The position numbers and the translations under genes were made by a program. The notes beneath the pieces were generated by a model, which was not told the DNA's origin, ran no database searches, and worked only from the letters and a program-made list of their open reading frames with translations. A stretch of 63,418 nucleotides of DNA, counting the filler, from Octopus bimaculoides (taxonomy: Eukaryota), in the NCBI RefSeq assembly GCF_001194135.2. It is 5 parts of 3 records of this genome, joined end to end, with 100 filler letters (N's around TTAATTAATTAA, not from the genome) between each part and the next. Parts side by side here need not be neighbours in the genome. Positions count along the whole stretch, not along the records: positions 15,182 to 42,819 come from NC_068982.1; positions 42,920 to 51,505 come from NC_068983.1; 3 more parts are not named here. One strand, 5' to 3'. The stretch's first letter is position 1. Each line of letters starts with the position of its first letter. Below, one piece after another: positions 36,889 to 50,186 of the stretch.

Positions 36889-39800
36889 GAGATTGACAAT
36901 GCTAGTTGATGAAATATTCAAGAATTATAAGTACTCTTTCTATTTACACCCCAGTAACTCGATATTTCATTTTATTTTCATTTTATCTAGTTTCAGCTCA
37001 TGAGCTGTGGCCATGCTGGGGCACTGAACTTACATAACGCAACTCCTAAGTTCAAAGAATAAGCTCTAATTCTTATATCATATTTTCTATCACCTTCTTT
37101 GATTAGCTCATAGTTTGCTTTTCAAGTGTTTCCAAAAGATGTGATTCTTTTTGTTTTTAAAATTTTTTAATCTATTTACTGCATGAAAGATTTCTTTTGT
37201 AATTTGAACATTTTCATGGCAGGGCTTCAGCATGATTAAAGCCAGAAAAATAATTCATATAATGTTAGAGCTACTAGTTTTAACTATTTGATGCCATACA
37301 TGTTACTAGCCACTGTCATGAAGTTATAACTAGCTTCATATAATATAATAAAATATTTTCAATAAAATGAATGAAATTAATTTATAATAAAAATTTCTTA
37401 ACTGTATACAAATTAATGAATTGAAGAGTTGACAACATATGTCACAAATTAATAATACATAATAGTTGTGTCTGGAAATGATTTAAAGGAGAAAAGTTGT
37501 TTCTCAATGCCTTTTCATTGTCTTTATTATATTTTGTTAGATTGGGTTGTACATAAATTACATTATCCACTAAAAAACAAAAACTAATTCATTTAAAACC
37601 ACTTCCACTAACCATTTAAAAAAATTATTTATTTGGTTTCAAAATTAAGGTTCTAGATTTATTTCAAAGTTTAACTTCTATACTGATCATTTTAAGTGCT
37701 TTTTAAATTTCACTTGCCTATATCATTAAAAATATATCAATTTTCTTTGAGTATATTTATAAAACGAAAACAGTAAAAATTGTCAGCTAAATGCACAGAA
37801 ATCAGCTATGCTACATTCTGTAATACTACTCAGTCTAGTCATCTAGCAGTAGTGCATCTGTATTCAGTAATGTGAAGCAGCAATGTGGCTGTGTGTTATA
37901 ATGTTTCTTGTAATAGCAGCTATTGATTGAAATAAGCTTCAGAAGATGTAAAGTTGGTGCTGCCACAAACATAGCTGCAGTATCATTTGCAACATGTTCT
38001 GTCAATGTTTACACTAGAAAAATGTTGTTGATATTTTATTCTGGAGAGTTACGTAATCTTAAAAATATGGAATAATCATTCCTGTTATTATTGTGAGTGA
38101 ATCTATGTATTGTAGGTAATTATTGTGTATAAAAGGAGTATTAAAAATGTAACACACGCACACACACACACACACACATTATCTAACAGCATTGTTCAAT
38201 ATTGATTATTTGTATATTACTTATACTACACCTATGTACCTACCCACACAACCACATTTCAAAATTAGATGTTTTCTTTTGTCTTGTCCTACAATTTATG
38301 CAGTGTACGATATATTGCCTAACCTACTTAGAATTATTTTCTATGATGAGTGAACAAGTAATTTTGCTACAATAAGGTGGTTGTTTCCAGTTAATAGATG
38401 TTTACATTTAGGATGTACAAAACAGTGTTTGTTACAACTGGTGGAAGTTAATCTGGTGTTACTGTCATCATATAAAATGTGAAGATTTTATTGAATTTCA
38501 TGATTTACATTAAAACATATTTGATAACTGAAAAAAAAAAAAAGAAAGAAAAAAGGAACATAGAGAACAAATATAGAAATACTTTCAAAATGGAGATATG
38601 TCTCTTCATTTTACAACTGAAATGGATGGCGAGTTAATCTCTGAAGATGCTATCAAGGTTATTTGGGAAAAAATCAAAGTCTAGGTTAGTGTTTTGAATT
38701 TAAATCACTATGGCTTTATCTTCTAATCTTTTTATCATTTACATTTTTAAGCACAAAATGTGTTTCCTTTCTTTATAAGTTGTAAATGGTATTACATTGA
38801 TGTTCATATGTATAAACTGATGTATAAACACGAGTTGAAATCTGAATAATTTTGGTATAATATATTAATAATGGATGACATCTGAACACACATGCCTTCT
38901 ACACACACACACTTACACACATACTTCTGTTGATTCTGTCAATGTGTAGCACTAATTTTCCTCAAATTTTACATTACATTAAGAAATTTTCTCATCTGAT
39001 ACAAGACAATATTTATTATCTTGAATTTGCACAATTTTAAAATTTATATCTTGTAACTGAGAAAATGAAAATATAAGCTTAAAAAATAGCTGTTAATGAT
39101 GTTTGTTTATATATAGTTGGCTAATTTAAACATTTATGTAATTCATAAAATCTAATACTGTATTAATAATAAAATTTTTCTTATTCTTTGATATTCATGT
39201 ATATTCTGACTAAATTTTTAAATTAACAAATAATATTTATATTGCTGTCATTTCATTGATATCATTAAAATAGTTTAATTTTTAAAATTGAATTTATAGA
39301 TATGAAACTGAATAAACATTGTATTTATGGTACCTGTTTGGCATAGTAACATAGTTTTATAAGCTTCAGATGTGTGTGTGTGTGTTGTGTACCAATCGGT
39401 TTTTTTTTTCATGAAATAGAAACAAAATTGGATTTTAACCATTTTCCTTGTTTCTTAATATTCTATTTCAGTTGTTTGTGTGTGTGTGTATGTACAATCA
39501 TTTTGCATTGTTTTCATTTTTATCTGAGTTGGAGTAGGTATTCTTCAGCACAGTTTGCAAACTTTTCTTATGCATATATGTGAATGTGCATGCATGTATT
39601 AGGGTGTGTGTGTGTGTGTAGCATTGGGAAGCCAACAGATCAGAGGAACTTTTCCTTGTAAAAATAAATCTGATACATGACTTAAACAGCTAACATTTGA
39701 CATTTATTATAACTATACACAAAAAGAAATATATATGTATCTATGTAGGCATATGACAGACACTTTTTAATTTCACTGTAACAGAATCCAGTTGTTTGCT

Positions 39801-40189
39801 CAGCTGGATGATCAAAATGATTGAATTACCATACAAAATGGCTGTGTTTCCTGCATACACATGCACCTTTCATATAATTCCAGAGTAGAATCTGTGTCAC
39901 AGTAAGAGAAGGCTGGATATTTGATTTACATTTACAGTCCATTGAATTGGCATCTACAGAGTATGCGTCTACTCAAAATCATTCACACTACTTGGGTTGA
40001 TCAAAACCTGTGTCAAAGGTACTTACCCAAGATGCTAAGCATTAAGGCAATGAAGTGAATTTCTGAATCTCACACACACACACACATATAAACATACAGT
40101 TGGTTCAAATGAACAAACAATTGAAATAAACGAATAGAAACGGACAACATGATGATGTGCATAAGAAATGTATTAGCTTGATGCCTGAT

Positions 40190-40300
40190 GAAAGGAGAAA
40201 TTTTGATGTTTCGAGCATAGTTCTTCACTGGAAAGAGAAAGGGAAAAGTCCAAAGAAGGAAAAGAAATCGCCAACAACTCACATGTAGTTACATTGCTGA
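40190..40300 (-). mobile_element. Third copy of the 10170 family, degenerate HHR
   Basis: Minus GTGAAGAactatgctcGAAACATC; shared flank aaagaaatcgccaacaactcacatgtagttacatt. Confidence 0.5.
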
Positions 40301-40356
40301 AATATGTGTGTGTGTGTACATAGGCATCTAATGCATACATTTCTCTCTCTCTGTCT

Positions 40357-40437
<81 letters not shown>

Positions 40438-40719
40438 ATTAATGTCCATGTTCAATGCTGGCATGGGTTGGACAGTTTGACAGGAGCTGGCCAGGTAGAA
40501 GACTATACATTTACATATCTATAGAAGACTATATATGTGCATTTACATATATATTTATAAATGTATACACATGCATCTATATATGTCTACATTTACATAT
40601 GTATCTATACATATATATCTAATGCATACATTTCTCTCTCTCTCTCTGTCTCCATAATATATATGTATACACACAAAGACATACGTACACACACACACAT
40701 ATAAGTGCATGTGTGGCTA

Positions 40720-40865
40720 TCAGTGTATGCAAGGCTGTGTGGTTAGGAATATTGTTTCCCAACAACATGGTTTCATGTTCAGTCCCTCTATATTGCACCT
40801 TGGGGCAAGTGTCTTCTACTATCCTGTGGGTGTATTTGGTAGATAGAAACTGAAAGATATATGTG
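40720..40865 (+). mobile_element. SINE 5' half, CpG-decayed
   Basis: ggctgtgtggttagg..tggtttcatgttcagtccc..gcaccttggggcaagtgtcttctacta. Confidence 0.75.
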
Positions 40866-40959
40866 TGCGTGTGTATATGTGTATGTATGTATGTACATAT
40901 GTTTATATATTTATGTATGTATATATGTATATATACATAGATATGTTCTTTGATCAGCC

Positions 40960-42680
40960 CAACAAGAATAATTTACATGGAAACACCTTCAGTCTGGACA
41001 CTACTATCTCCTGGACTATGTCATTACCGGGAAGACTGGATTGCAGGAGATCCTTTGCACAAAAGCCATGCTTGGAGCAGAATGCTCAGCTGACCACTAT
41101 ACCCCATGAGGAGTCAAATCAGACTCAGGGTCACTCTGCCTCAGAGAAAGACTCCAACCTGCAAAAAAGTCAGAGAAGTTTGACATCAGTAAGCTAGCAA
41201 ATACAGAACACTGTCAGAGACTTACTACTGCTGTTATGGTCATCAGCTCAGATGGACTTGATGACATTGTAGAGCATTGGCAGACATTAAAGAAGGCAGT
41301 CTTCTCTGCTGCTAAGGAGACCCTAGGGCCCTCTCATCATAAAACACCTGATTGGTTCTGGAAGCATGGAGAGGAAATTAAGAAGCTGCTAGACAAAAAT
41401 CAGTGCCTACACCAGAGATATCTGCAGGAGAATTTGGAGAGGGGCAGGATCACTTTTGCTGAAATCAAGTCCAAAGTGCAGAGAGAAGTGAGATTGTTAG
41501 AGAATAACTGGTGGTTTAGGCCGGCAGAAGCTTCGCAGAGCATGTTTGACAAACATAACAACCATGGACTGTTTATAGAACTGAAAGCCATCTATGGCCT
41601 CAGGAGCAACACAGTAGCACCAGTCATGTCATCAAATGGGAGCAAACTGCACAGTAACCTCAAAAAAATCATCAGAGCTATGAGGAAGGAACATTTCTGT
41701 AACCTGCTCAGTCAGTAAGGATCTGTCCAAGCAGACATCTTCAAATGGCTAGAGAAGCACCAGAGATGAACTGACCTCTGTCATGAGATCACCTTACAGG
41801 AGTGGAGAAAACTTTGAAGGCCATGACAAGTCACAAAGCATCAGATCTAGATGGTACTCCCTCAGATGTGCTCAAATATGGTTGGCAAAACAAAAAGGAA
41901 GTTGAGACTACAACACTTGTCTTTCTAATGAGAATGTACCCCAGGGCTTCAAGGACAACCTGATAGACACCATTTTCAAAAAAAAGAGGTATTCAGCAGA
42001 ATGTGAAAAACCACCACAGCATTTCTTTGTTGGCCATTTGCTGGCAAGGTGCAAGCAAAAATCATTCTCAACCAACTGAAAAACATCTCAGAGCAGGTCT
42101 TTGTTTATCAAGCTGTTTCTGCATCCACCCTCCTGTATGAGTCTGAATGCTGGACCCTTTATCAGTACCAGATCACACAATTGGAAGTGTTCCATCATAT
42201 CAGATCACTCCAAAGTATCCTTAGTCTCACATGGAAGGACATGGCACCTTGTACCGAAATCTTCTTGAGGGCTGGGATCTACAGCATTGAGGCTTGCATC
42301 CTTCATCATCTTCTCTGCTGGGCTGGTCATGTAATTCAGATGCTGGGTAACAGACTCCCAAAGACAGAGACTGGAAGTAGGCATCATGGACATCCAAAAC
42401 TTCACTTTCATTATTACCTTAAGTGGTCTCTCATTTTATGTAGTGTCCCTCCCAATCAGTTGGAGCAGCTGGCTGTTCATTGGAAAGCATGGAGGCCCAT
42501 GTGTGATGCTGAAGTAGAGCACTTTGAAACCAAATGCAGGAGACTGCAAGAAGAGAGAAGACATCATCAACTCTCTTCAGGTCAGTTTCAGTGTCCTCAG
42601 TACCACAGGATCTAGCCATCTTGTATGAGTCTTGTCAGTCACAACTACTTGCAAGAGAAACAATGTGCTGGAAGTGGAGG
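40960..42680 (+). mobile_element. RTE (BovB-like) LINE, decayed with internal deletions
   Basis: WQTLKKAVFSAAKETLG..PDWF..KAIYG..EHFCNLLSQ; later TLLYESECWTLY..LEVFHHIRSL..HLLCWAGHVIQM..RLPK. Confidence 0.85.
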
Positions 42681-42929
42681 TGGGTAAATGTCTTGGATCA
42701 ACACTGTCCACCACCATTGATGGGCTATCATAAATATATACATGTTTATGTATATATATGTGTGTAGTGTGTATATATATCTATCTATCTATATATATAT
42801 ATATGTGTGTGTATATATANNNNNNNNNNNNNNNNNNNNNNNNNNNNNNNNNNNNNNNNNNNNTTAATTAATTAANNNNNNNNNNNNNNNNNNNNNNNNN
42901 NNNNNNNNNNNNNNNNNNNATATATATAT

Positions 42930-43270
42930 ATCAAAGGTAAAAAGCACAACAAACGGAAACCGACAAAGCACGACAAGCGGAAAAGGACGATAGCACAACA
43001 ACGGCAAGCACGACAACACAAGATACAGAAATCGTTCGTAGCCAACTGCTTCGTGAGTCGGAGTCCGGAATGTCCACGTAGTTTCGCCCAATCCTGTCCG
43101 ATACTACTCGAAATCGTTTGGGCCAAGGACATAAGCTAAAAGCATCAAACCCCTGGGCAAGGCAAACGAATGTACATATACAAATACAGAGAAGTAACTG
43201 AGAGGGGTCTTTCAACTATCAGACGAGTATGTATATATGTGATAGAGCCTCCCCTCGCTAGATGACGTAT
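42930..43270. repeat. Unclassified CpG-rich repeat abutting (TA)n
   Basis: Non-coding and GC-richer than the flanks; minus-strand organisation loosely resembles the 1-1270 repeat and 51330-51490. Confidence 0.35.
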
Positions 43271-43403
43271 AAGAGTTCGACAATTTCTTACCGAACAACC
43301 ACACACACATATTTAAGTACCCATCTCGCTGTCATATTTATATATACACACACGCACACACACACACATATATGTATATATATAAATATGACAGCGAGGT
43401 GGG

Positions 43404-43456
<53 letters not shown>

Positions 43457-43479
43457 GATACAACAGAGTAAAAAAACTA

Positions 43480-44690
43480 CAGAAGACTTGTGTTTTATGG
43501 GTAAAGAATATATTTAAATCGTTATGTTAGAAAAATGTTATGAACTTTTGTGTATAGTAACATTGTCATGGGAGAAATAACCAGTTTCGTATTTTCTTTT
43601 TAAATTTCTCAAATTTCTCTACCTATATTTTGTCATGTCTTCGCTATGTTGTGAAAAATGGAATTCCAGACGGAGGAAGGTAATCAGGGATTTTTTCCAG
43701 TATAAGGGAGATAAACAAAAATGTTGGGGATGACAGGGTTTGATTAATTTAACATGATTTGCTTTAGAAGGAATAGAATGTTACAAGTGGTTAGGTTTTC
43801 TTCATATTTTTTCAATGAGGTGAGCTTCCTTATTTAAATGGTTGAGTTTTGGCTTACATTTTTCAATGAAGAAGGTTTTCTTATTTAATCTAACTTCTGT
43901 TGGTGTTCCAATGGCACATTGATAGAATGAAAAGATTGCAAATTGTGGTAGCATTTGCTTTGCGCATTTCTCAATATGTTCACTAGTGGTATCATTCTGT
44001 ATTCTGGGAATGCAATCTGCAGTCGGTGCAGAGTGCATCTGCGCCTGAGTGATAATCTCGTGGACCCTATGTAGTTTTGGTGGCAGCCCGAGCGTCTTAT
44101 TACATGAATCAGTTTTTCTGAAGCACAAATAAAGTCAGATTTGATTTTGAATTTTTGTCCCTCTTTGAATAGGAATTCTGATCTTTCTAGAAGATTTGAG
44201 AATGTTGCGCAATTTGGTCGACCAGATTATTTCATTTTTGTATCCGTCAGTTTAGAAAATAATTTTACCTTTGTGAGGATCTTTTTTAGTGATTTCGGTT
44301 GTTTGTGGCTTTTAATGATTTTATGCGTGTGTAAAATTTCCTTTAATTTGGGGTCCTTATATAGCACTGGTAAATTTTGGGTGAGGATGGTGAAGGCTTC
44401 TTTGTTTCTGGGGTTGTATGTGGATATGTACGGCAGTATTTTCGGGGAATGTGTGTTGCTGTGTTTAACTTTTCTTACGATTTCTATGTCGATTTGTTTT
44501 GCACGTCTGATTCCATCCTCTATGAGTTGAACTGGGTAGTGTCTGTCAATTAAAGTGTTTTTGAGTTATTGCAGTCTAAAGTCTCTGGTATTTTGTTCTG
44601 ACGCTATTGTGCAAATCCTTCTTGAGAGGTTGAAGGGGATGTTTGCTTTGGTGTTATTTCTCCACAAACAATGTTACTATTCGCAACATT
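43480..44690 (-). mobile_element. Penelope-like element 3' fragment (Neptune/Poseidon-type RT thumb, linker, GIY-YIG), decayed
   Basis: NTKANIPFNLSRRICTI..RHYPVQLIEDGI..LPYISTYNP..IIKSHKQPKSLKKILT..GRPNC..FICASEN..RVHEII..FAIFSFYQC..FIEKCKPKLN. Confidence 0.8.
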
Positions 44691-44819
44691 TTATAACATT
44701 TTCTAACATAACAATTTAAATATATTCTTTAACCATATAACACAAGCCTTCTGTAGTTTCTTCACTCTGTTTTGTCTTCTATACATCCAACCACGTGCTT
44801 TCACATACCAACTCTCTGA

Positions 44820-44874
<55 letters not shown>

Positions 44875-45994
44875 CACACATATATATATATATACATACA
44901 TAAATATACACACGCATATACAGATACACAGTTACGTGTGTGTGCGTGTGTGTGTGCATATATATTACTGCTGGTTTAGTTGTTTATTCAAACGTTCCTA
45001 ACAGTTACACTCAAGCATGAATCATAATTATCTTTTTCTTTTAATATTTTATATTGGCAAACCAACATCCATATAACTTTTCATTTCCAGACTATTCGTA
45101 GTGCCAAATTAATTTTGGACTCACATGTATAATGTAATTATAACGTAATTTCTAATGCTACGTCTGAACTGTACTTTGGACAATTTTTATTACTCATCAT
45201 AATATTTTCAATTTGTTACGTCAATTCATTTGCTTATTCAGAATCAAACATATTGAAATGTTCTTAATTTAATGAAAAGAATTCCATATATGTCTTTGTA
45301 TCAAAATCTTCTTTCACTATACAATGCGCGCATGTGTGTGTATGTGTGTGTGTGGGGGGGGATGTATGCGCGCGTGTGTCTGTTGTTCTTTAAGTAACAA
45401 AAATGGTGAAGAACCGAAGGGGTTTTGGTTAACTGGTTTCAATTCTTTCAGTTCCGCTGAATTGAAAGTTCCATGTATTACTTTCGCATGTAATTCTTTC
45501 ATAAAACAAACATCTACTATATTCCTGGAAGCAGTTTAGTAAAAGAAGAAATAGCTTTGTTCGTAGAATATCACCAATCCAATTTGAGTAATACAATTCA
45601 TTGTATTATCCAATAGCATCCTAATATATTTGGAAATATTTCCTGGTAATTCTTTTTGTAATATAATGGAATAACTGATAATCCTAACGGTGAATTGGAA
45701 TTATGGGAAAGCATAATTCTTTATGAAATAGATTCTCACAAAATCCATAATATCGCGGCTAACAAGTTTAGTTCTATTGTTGGCTGTTAAATGCTGTAAC
45801 AAACCGATTTAACCATCAGTTGTACAAAGGCAGCAACAAGGCCGATTCATATGTATGTCTACTGGAAAAAAAAAGGAAACCCAAATGGATGAACATACAT
45901 CTAATTTACACACTTAATTCACATATGGGAATAGAGAATAGGAAAATATCTGGATACGTAGATATCAATATATATATATATATCTATATATAAT

Positions 45995-46330
45995 ACAGCA
46001 TGGGACAAGAACGCAAAACATCAAGACAGTTAGGTGATACAAGAAAGGGACAAAACATCCAGAGAGACGATACAAAGAAAACATGGACAGGTCATTCGGA
46101 GTTTTGTCTCTTCAGTCGAGATCCAGATTATCCTTGCAATTTTGGCTGGTTATTGTCGATATTGCTCCAGTCTGGCCAACCCGAAGGAAAAACTAAACTA
46201 AGCTATATATATTTATATAGGGATGAAGAGTAGCTTACGCTCTACCCTTCTCTCGGATAATTACTATTTCCGAGGTTCCGCTAGCTATGAAACATGTGTA
46301 GCCTGGATTTTTAGGTACTCCATTCTATAA
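45995..46330. mobile_element. Two short HHR-bearing repeat remnants in opposite orientation
   Basis: Minus at about 46083-46116: CTGAAGAgacaaaactccGAATG. Plus HHR at 46219-46304. Confidence 0.5.
46219..46304 (+). ncRNA. Degenerate type I HHR with long stem II
   Basis: aggg-ATGAAGA-gtagc..(ctcgga/tccgag)..gctat-GAAA-CATGTG-TA-gcct. C3 to A and one stem I mismatch. Confidence 0.55.
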
Positions 46331-46341
46331 TCTTGAATGTG

Positions 46342-46427
<86 letters not shown>

Positions 46428-47589
46428 ATCAAGTATAAAGAAGAATGGAGAAATATACATCTTCAAAATTTGTTTATTTCAAGTTTATTCTCATTAAATT
46501 CACATAAGATTCCAATCCGACACGTGTTTCTACTGCATAAGTGCCCTAGTATCCTTCCATCTAGCATTTATGTGCCTTATTTCGTTCACTTGTAGTTCAT
46601 GTTCATCCAAGGTAGACACTCCTATACGGCTTTGTTCAAGGTTTTACCCATAAGGGTGAGTGAATCGAACTGAGGAATCCAGTGTTACATGGTCCCCTTT
46701 AAAGCATTTCCTAGATGAAGGATCACAAAATCTTAAGGGTACATGACATTAGAAATTGCTTTGAAATAAGACAAATCTATATATCTGGTATCTTTTAAAC
46801 TTAGAATGATCTTTTTAGAGTTTCAGAAAATAGATTATTGTATATGTTTAGTAGTAGAGAGAACCTTAGCTAGGTTAGGATGCATTCACCTCGCTGACCA
46901 GTCATAATGAAGATGAAATGATACCATAGAACATAAATAGAATAATTGAAAGGGAATGAAAAGAAAGCGAAAGTAAAGAAGAAATAAGAAATTAAAGACG
47001 GATGAAGTTTATTGTGCGATTGTTAAAACCTAACTGGAGTAAATCTATTTGACTTGGTTAGCATGTGTGCACTTCCACCTACATGATACCCTATTAAATA
47101 TCATCATTTGGAAATAGTTAAATAATTTTCTAAAAGAATGCGTGCATTTCAGAGCTAACTCGTTTCCGTGATTTAATAACATGTAATTAGAGGTAAAGCT
47201 GTGTCAAATCACTTCTAAGCATAAATTTTACTTGAATTTCCCAACTGTATAGGATGAAACAAACCTAATAATTTTCTATCTAATGTCATATTTGGTATTC
47301 TTATCTTTTAAAGACCAAACGAACTCGCTCAAACTTGTACAATTCATTTGTTTTCCTATATTTGAACGAAGAAAAGTGCTTACGCAATTTCTGCTTAAAG
47401 TCAGTAGAATATATGATCTTATGTAATAATTAGGAATGTCAGCAACCGTTACTGTACATCTACTGACTGTTTTTTTATTCTCTTAGTCATTGCTCTTCAA
47501 ACGAACGTAATTTCTTCTCAAGTTTACTGTAATGCTTATTAGTATTTTTCTTTGTAAAAATATTACTGGTTATATTGCAGAAAATCTTT

Positions 47590-47770
47590 CTCTTCACACG
47601 GCTGGCAAGCTACGAGAACTGAGCTTCTTTCAGTTTCCATCTACAAATCCACTTACAAGGCTTTGATTGTCCTGAGGCTATAATAGAAGATGTTTACTCA
47701 AACTGTCAAGCAGTGTGGCACTGAACCCGGAACAATGTGGTTGGGAAGCAAGCTTTTTATCACACACCTA
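47590..47770 (-). mobile_element. SINE 5' half
   Basis: Reverse complement of gtaggtgtgtgataaaaagcttgcttcccaaccacattgttccgggttcagtgccac. Confidence 0.8.
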
Positions 47771-47774
47771 CGGT

Positions 47775-47826
47775 ATAGATAGATATATAGACAGATAGAT
47801 AGATAGATAAATAGATAGATAGATAA

Positions 47827-47880
<54 letters not shown>

Positions 47881-47889
47881 GGATAGATG

Positions 47890-47962
<73 letters not shown>
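47775..47962. repeat. (GATA)n microsatellite
   Basis: Directly visible. Confidence 0.97.
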
Positions 47963-47963
<1 letters not shown>

Positions 47964-48189
47964 TATATGTGTGTGTGTCTTTAAGTTTGTTTGTCATTTC
48001 AGATCCAGCAGTTGGCCAAAACATATCGATAAAATAAGGACTAGATTTTAAACAATAAGTACTGAAAATCAATCAGTTAAATTAAACCAAAGAAGATAGT
48101 ACTCCAATATAACCAATAATTTTGTTACAAGTTATGGCTTTTCTATTAAGATAGTGCTTTTCAAGTGACGCTAGTACAGAGCTTTTTCC

Positions 48190-48490
48190 GTAATGGAGCC
48201 ACGTAAAAAGCACCCACGCTGGTGCCAAGCAAAAATTACCTGAGCTAGTACCAGGTAGAAAGTATTCATACCGGTATTATGTAAAAGGTCCTCATGCTAA
48301 TTCCATATTTAAAAATGGTACCCAGTACACTCTGTACAATGTTTGGCGTTAGGAAGGGTATCCAGCCGTAGAAGTTGTGTCAAAACCGACAATGAGGCCT
48401 GGGGCAACTCACCGGGTTGTCACCTACTGTAAAACCGTCCAACCCATGCCATCAAGGAAAATGGAGATTAAATGATGACGATGATGATAA
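48190..48490 (+). mobile_element. RTE-type 3' tail fragment with (GAT)n
   Basis: gccacgtaaaaagcaccc..ttggcgttaggaagggtatccagccgtag..ccgtccaacccatgcc..attaaatgatgacg. Confidence 0.75.
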
Positions 48491-50048
48491 TGATGCAGAT
48501 GACGATGACGTTGATGATAATGTTGATGATGATGATGACGATGATGATGTTCATAGTAACATTCATAAACCAAAATATGTAGATTGAGGTTTCTTAAACA
48601 GATATACAGCAGCAAACATGGTGCATGCGGTACATATGCACAAATTATACCATGTCTACTCATGCATTTGATTCCATCATCACCAACCTGGTACACGAAT
48701 ACTTTTCGAAAGATGTTTATGCAGTTTTACAAGCTGCTTTTATATGCTTGAATTTGTCATTTCACTTGCCTGCAATACAGCAGTTCTGTTAAGAATCCTT
48801 GTAAAAAAATTTAAAAAAAAAGGTAAAGAAAAAGAAACGTGGCACTTTAACTCTTCTTAAACCAAACGCAGTACATAAGTAGGAATACGTCTCACTCCCT
48901 GTCAAGTGCAGCAGATGAAGTTATTAGAAGTGAATACTTATAGGCAATTGTTTAGATCAATCGTTATGAATATGTTTGTGAACGTCTGTTCTGGTTGTGT
49001 GTGTGTGTTTATGTTTGTGCGTGTGTATGTGTATGTACATATNNNNNNNNNNNNNNNNNNNNNNNNNNNNNNNNNNNNNNNNNNNNNNNNNNNNNNNNNN
49101 NNNNNNNNNNNNNNNNNNNNNNNNNNNNNNNNNNNNNNNNNNNNNNNNNNNNNNNNNNNNNNNNNNNNNNNNNNNNNNNNNNNNNNNNNNNNNNNNNNNN
49201 NNNNNNNNNNNNNNNNNNNNNNNNNNNNNNNNNNNNNNNNNNNNNNNNNNNNNNNNNNNNNNNNNNNNNNNNNNNNNNNNNNNNNNNNNNNNNNNNNNNN
49301 NNNNNNNNNNNNNNNNNNNNNNNNNNNNNNNNNNNNNNNNNNNNNNNNNNNNNNNNNNNNNNNNNNNNNNNNNNNNNNNNNNNNNNNNNNNNNNNNNNNN
49401 NNNNNNNNNNNNNNNNNNNNNNNNNNNNNNNNNNNNNNNNNNNNNNNNNNNNNNNNNNNNNNNNNNNNNNNNNNNNNNNNNNNNNNNNNNNNNNNNNNNN
49501 NNNNNNNNNNNNNNNNNNNNNNNNNNNNNNNNNNNNNNNNNNNNNNNNNNNNNNNNNNNNNNNNNNNNNNNNNNNNNNNNNNNNNNNNNNNNNNNNNNNN
49601 NNNNNNNNNNNNNNNNNNNNNNNNNNNNNNNNNNNNNNNNNNNNNNNNNNNNNNNNNNNNNNNNNNNNNNNNNNNNNNNNNNNNNNNNNNNNNNNNNNNN
49701 NNNNNNNNNNNNNNATATATATGTATATATACACATACACACATATGTACATATACAAGTGTACGCATGTGTATGTAAATGTCTGTGAGTCCTTGAACAT
49801 GCTCATGCACAAATACATGTGTACATACATACAAGTACGTATATGTGTGTGTGTGTGTGCGTGTGTGTTAGTCACTACCTCAATTTTTCCTGTAATGCCT
49901 CAAAGTCCTATGCAGTCCGGTGCAGTATATATATATATACACAAAAGAAGGTTACACAGGCTGTATTATCTATTCATTTCTATGTAATATTTGTAATGAA
50001 TGCGGTTATGTGTGTACATTTGCTCACATCTTTGCAGCTGCCTTTCAG

Positions 50049-50186
50049 AAATAGGATCTTTCGGATGACAAAACAAACTTTGCCCCCATTCAAAGCTTAC
50101 CAAAGATTCGCAGTGTTTACCATTCTTACAAATAGTTTCTATGGTTTAATTTTTCCCAAAGAGTACATGTCAAGCAGAGGTTCTTG
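50049..50186 (+). CDS. Candidate isolated symmetric exon
   Basis: cctttcag acceptor, TG|GTATGT donor, 138 nt; one open frame NRIFRMTKQTLPPFKAYQRFAVFTILTNSFYGLIFPKEYMSSRGS. Confidence 0.3.

Noticed and set aside
45380-45860. Coding-like AT-rich stretch on minus
   Set aside because: Multiple stops and no motif I can recognise.
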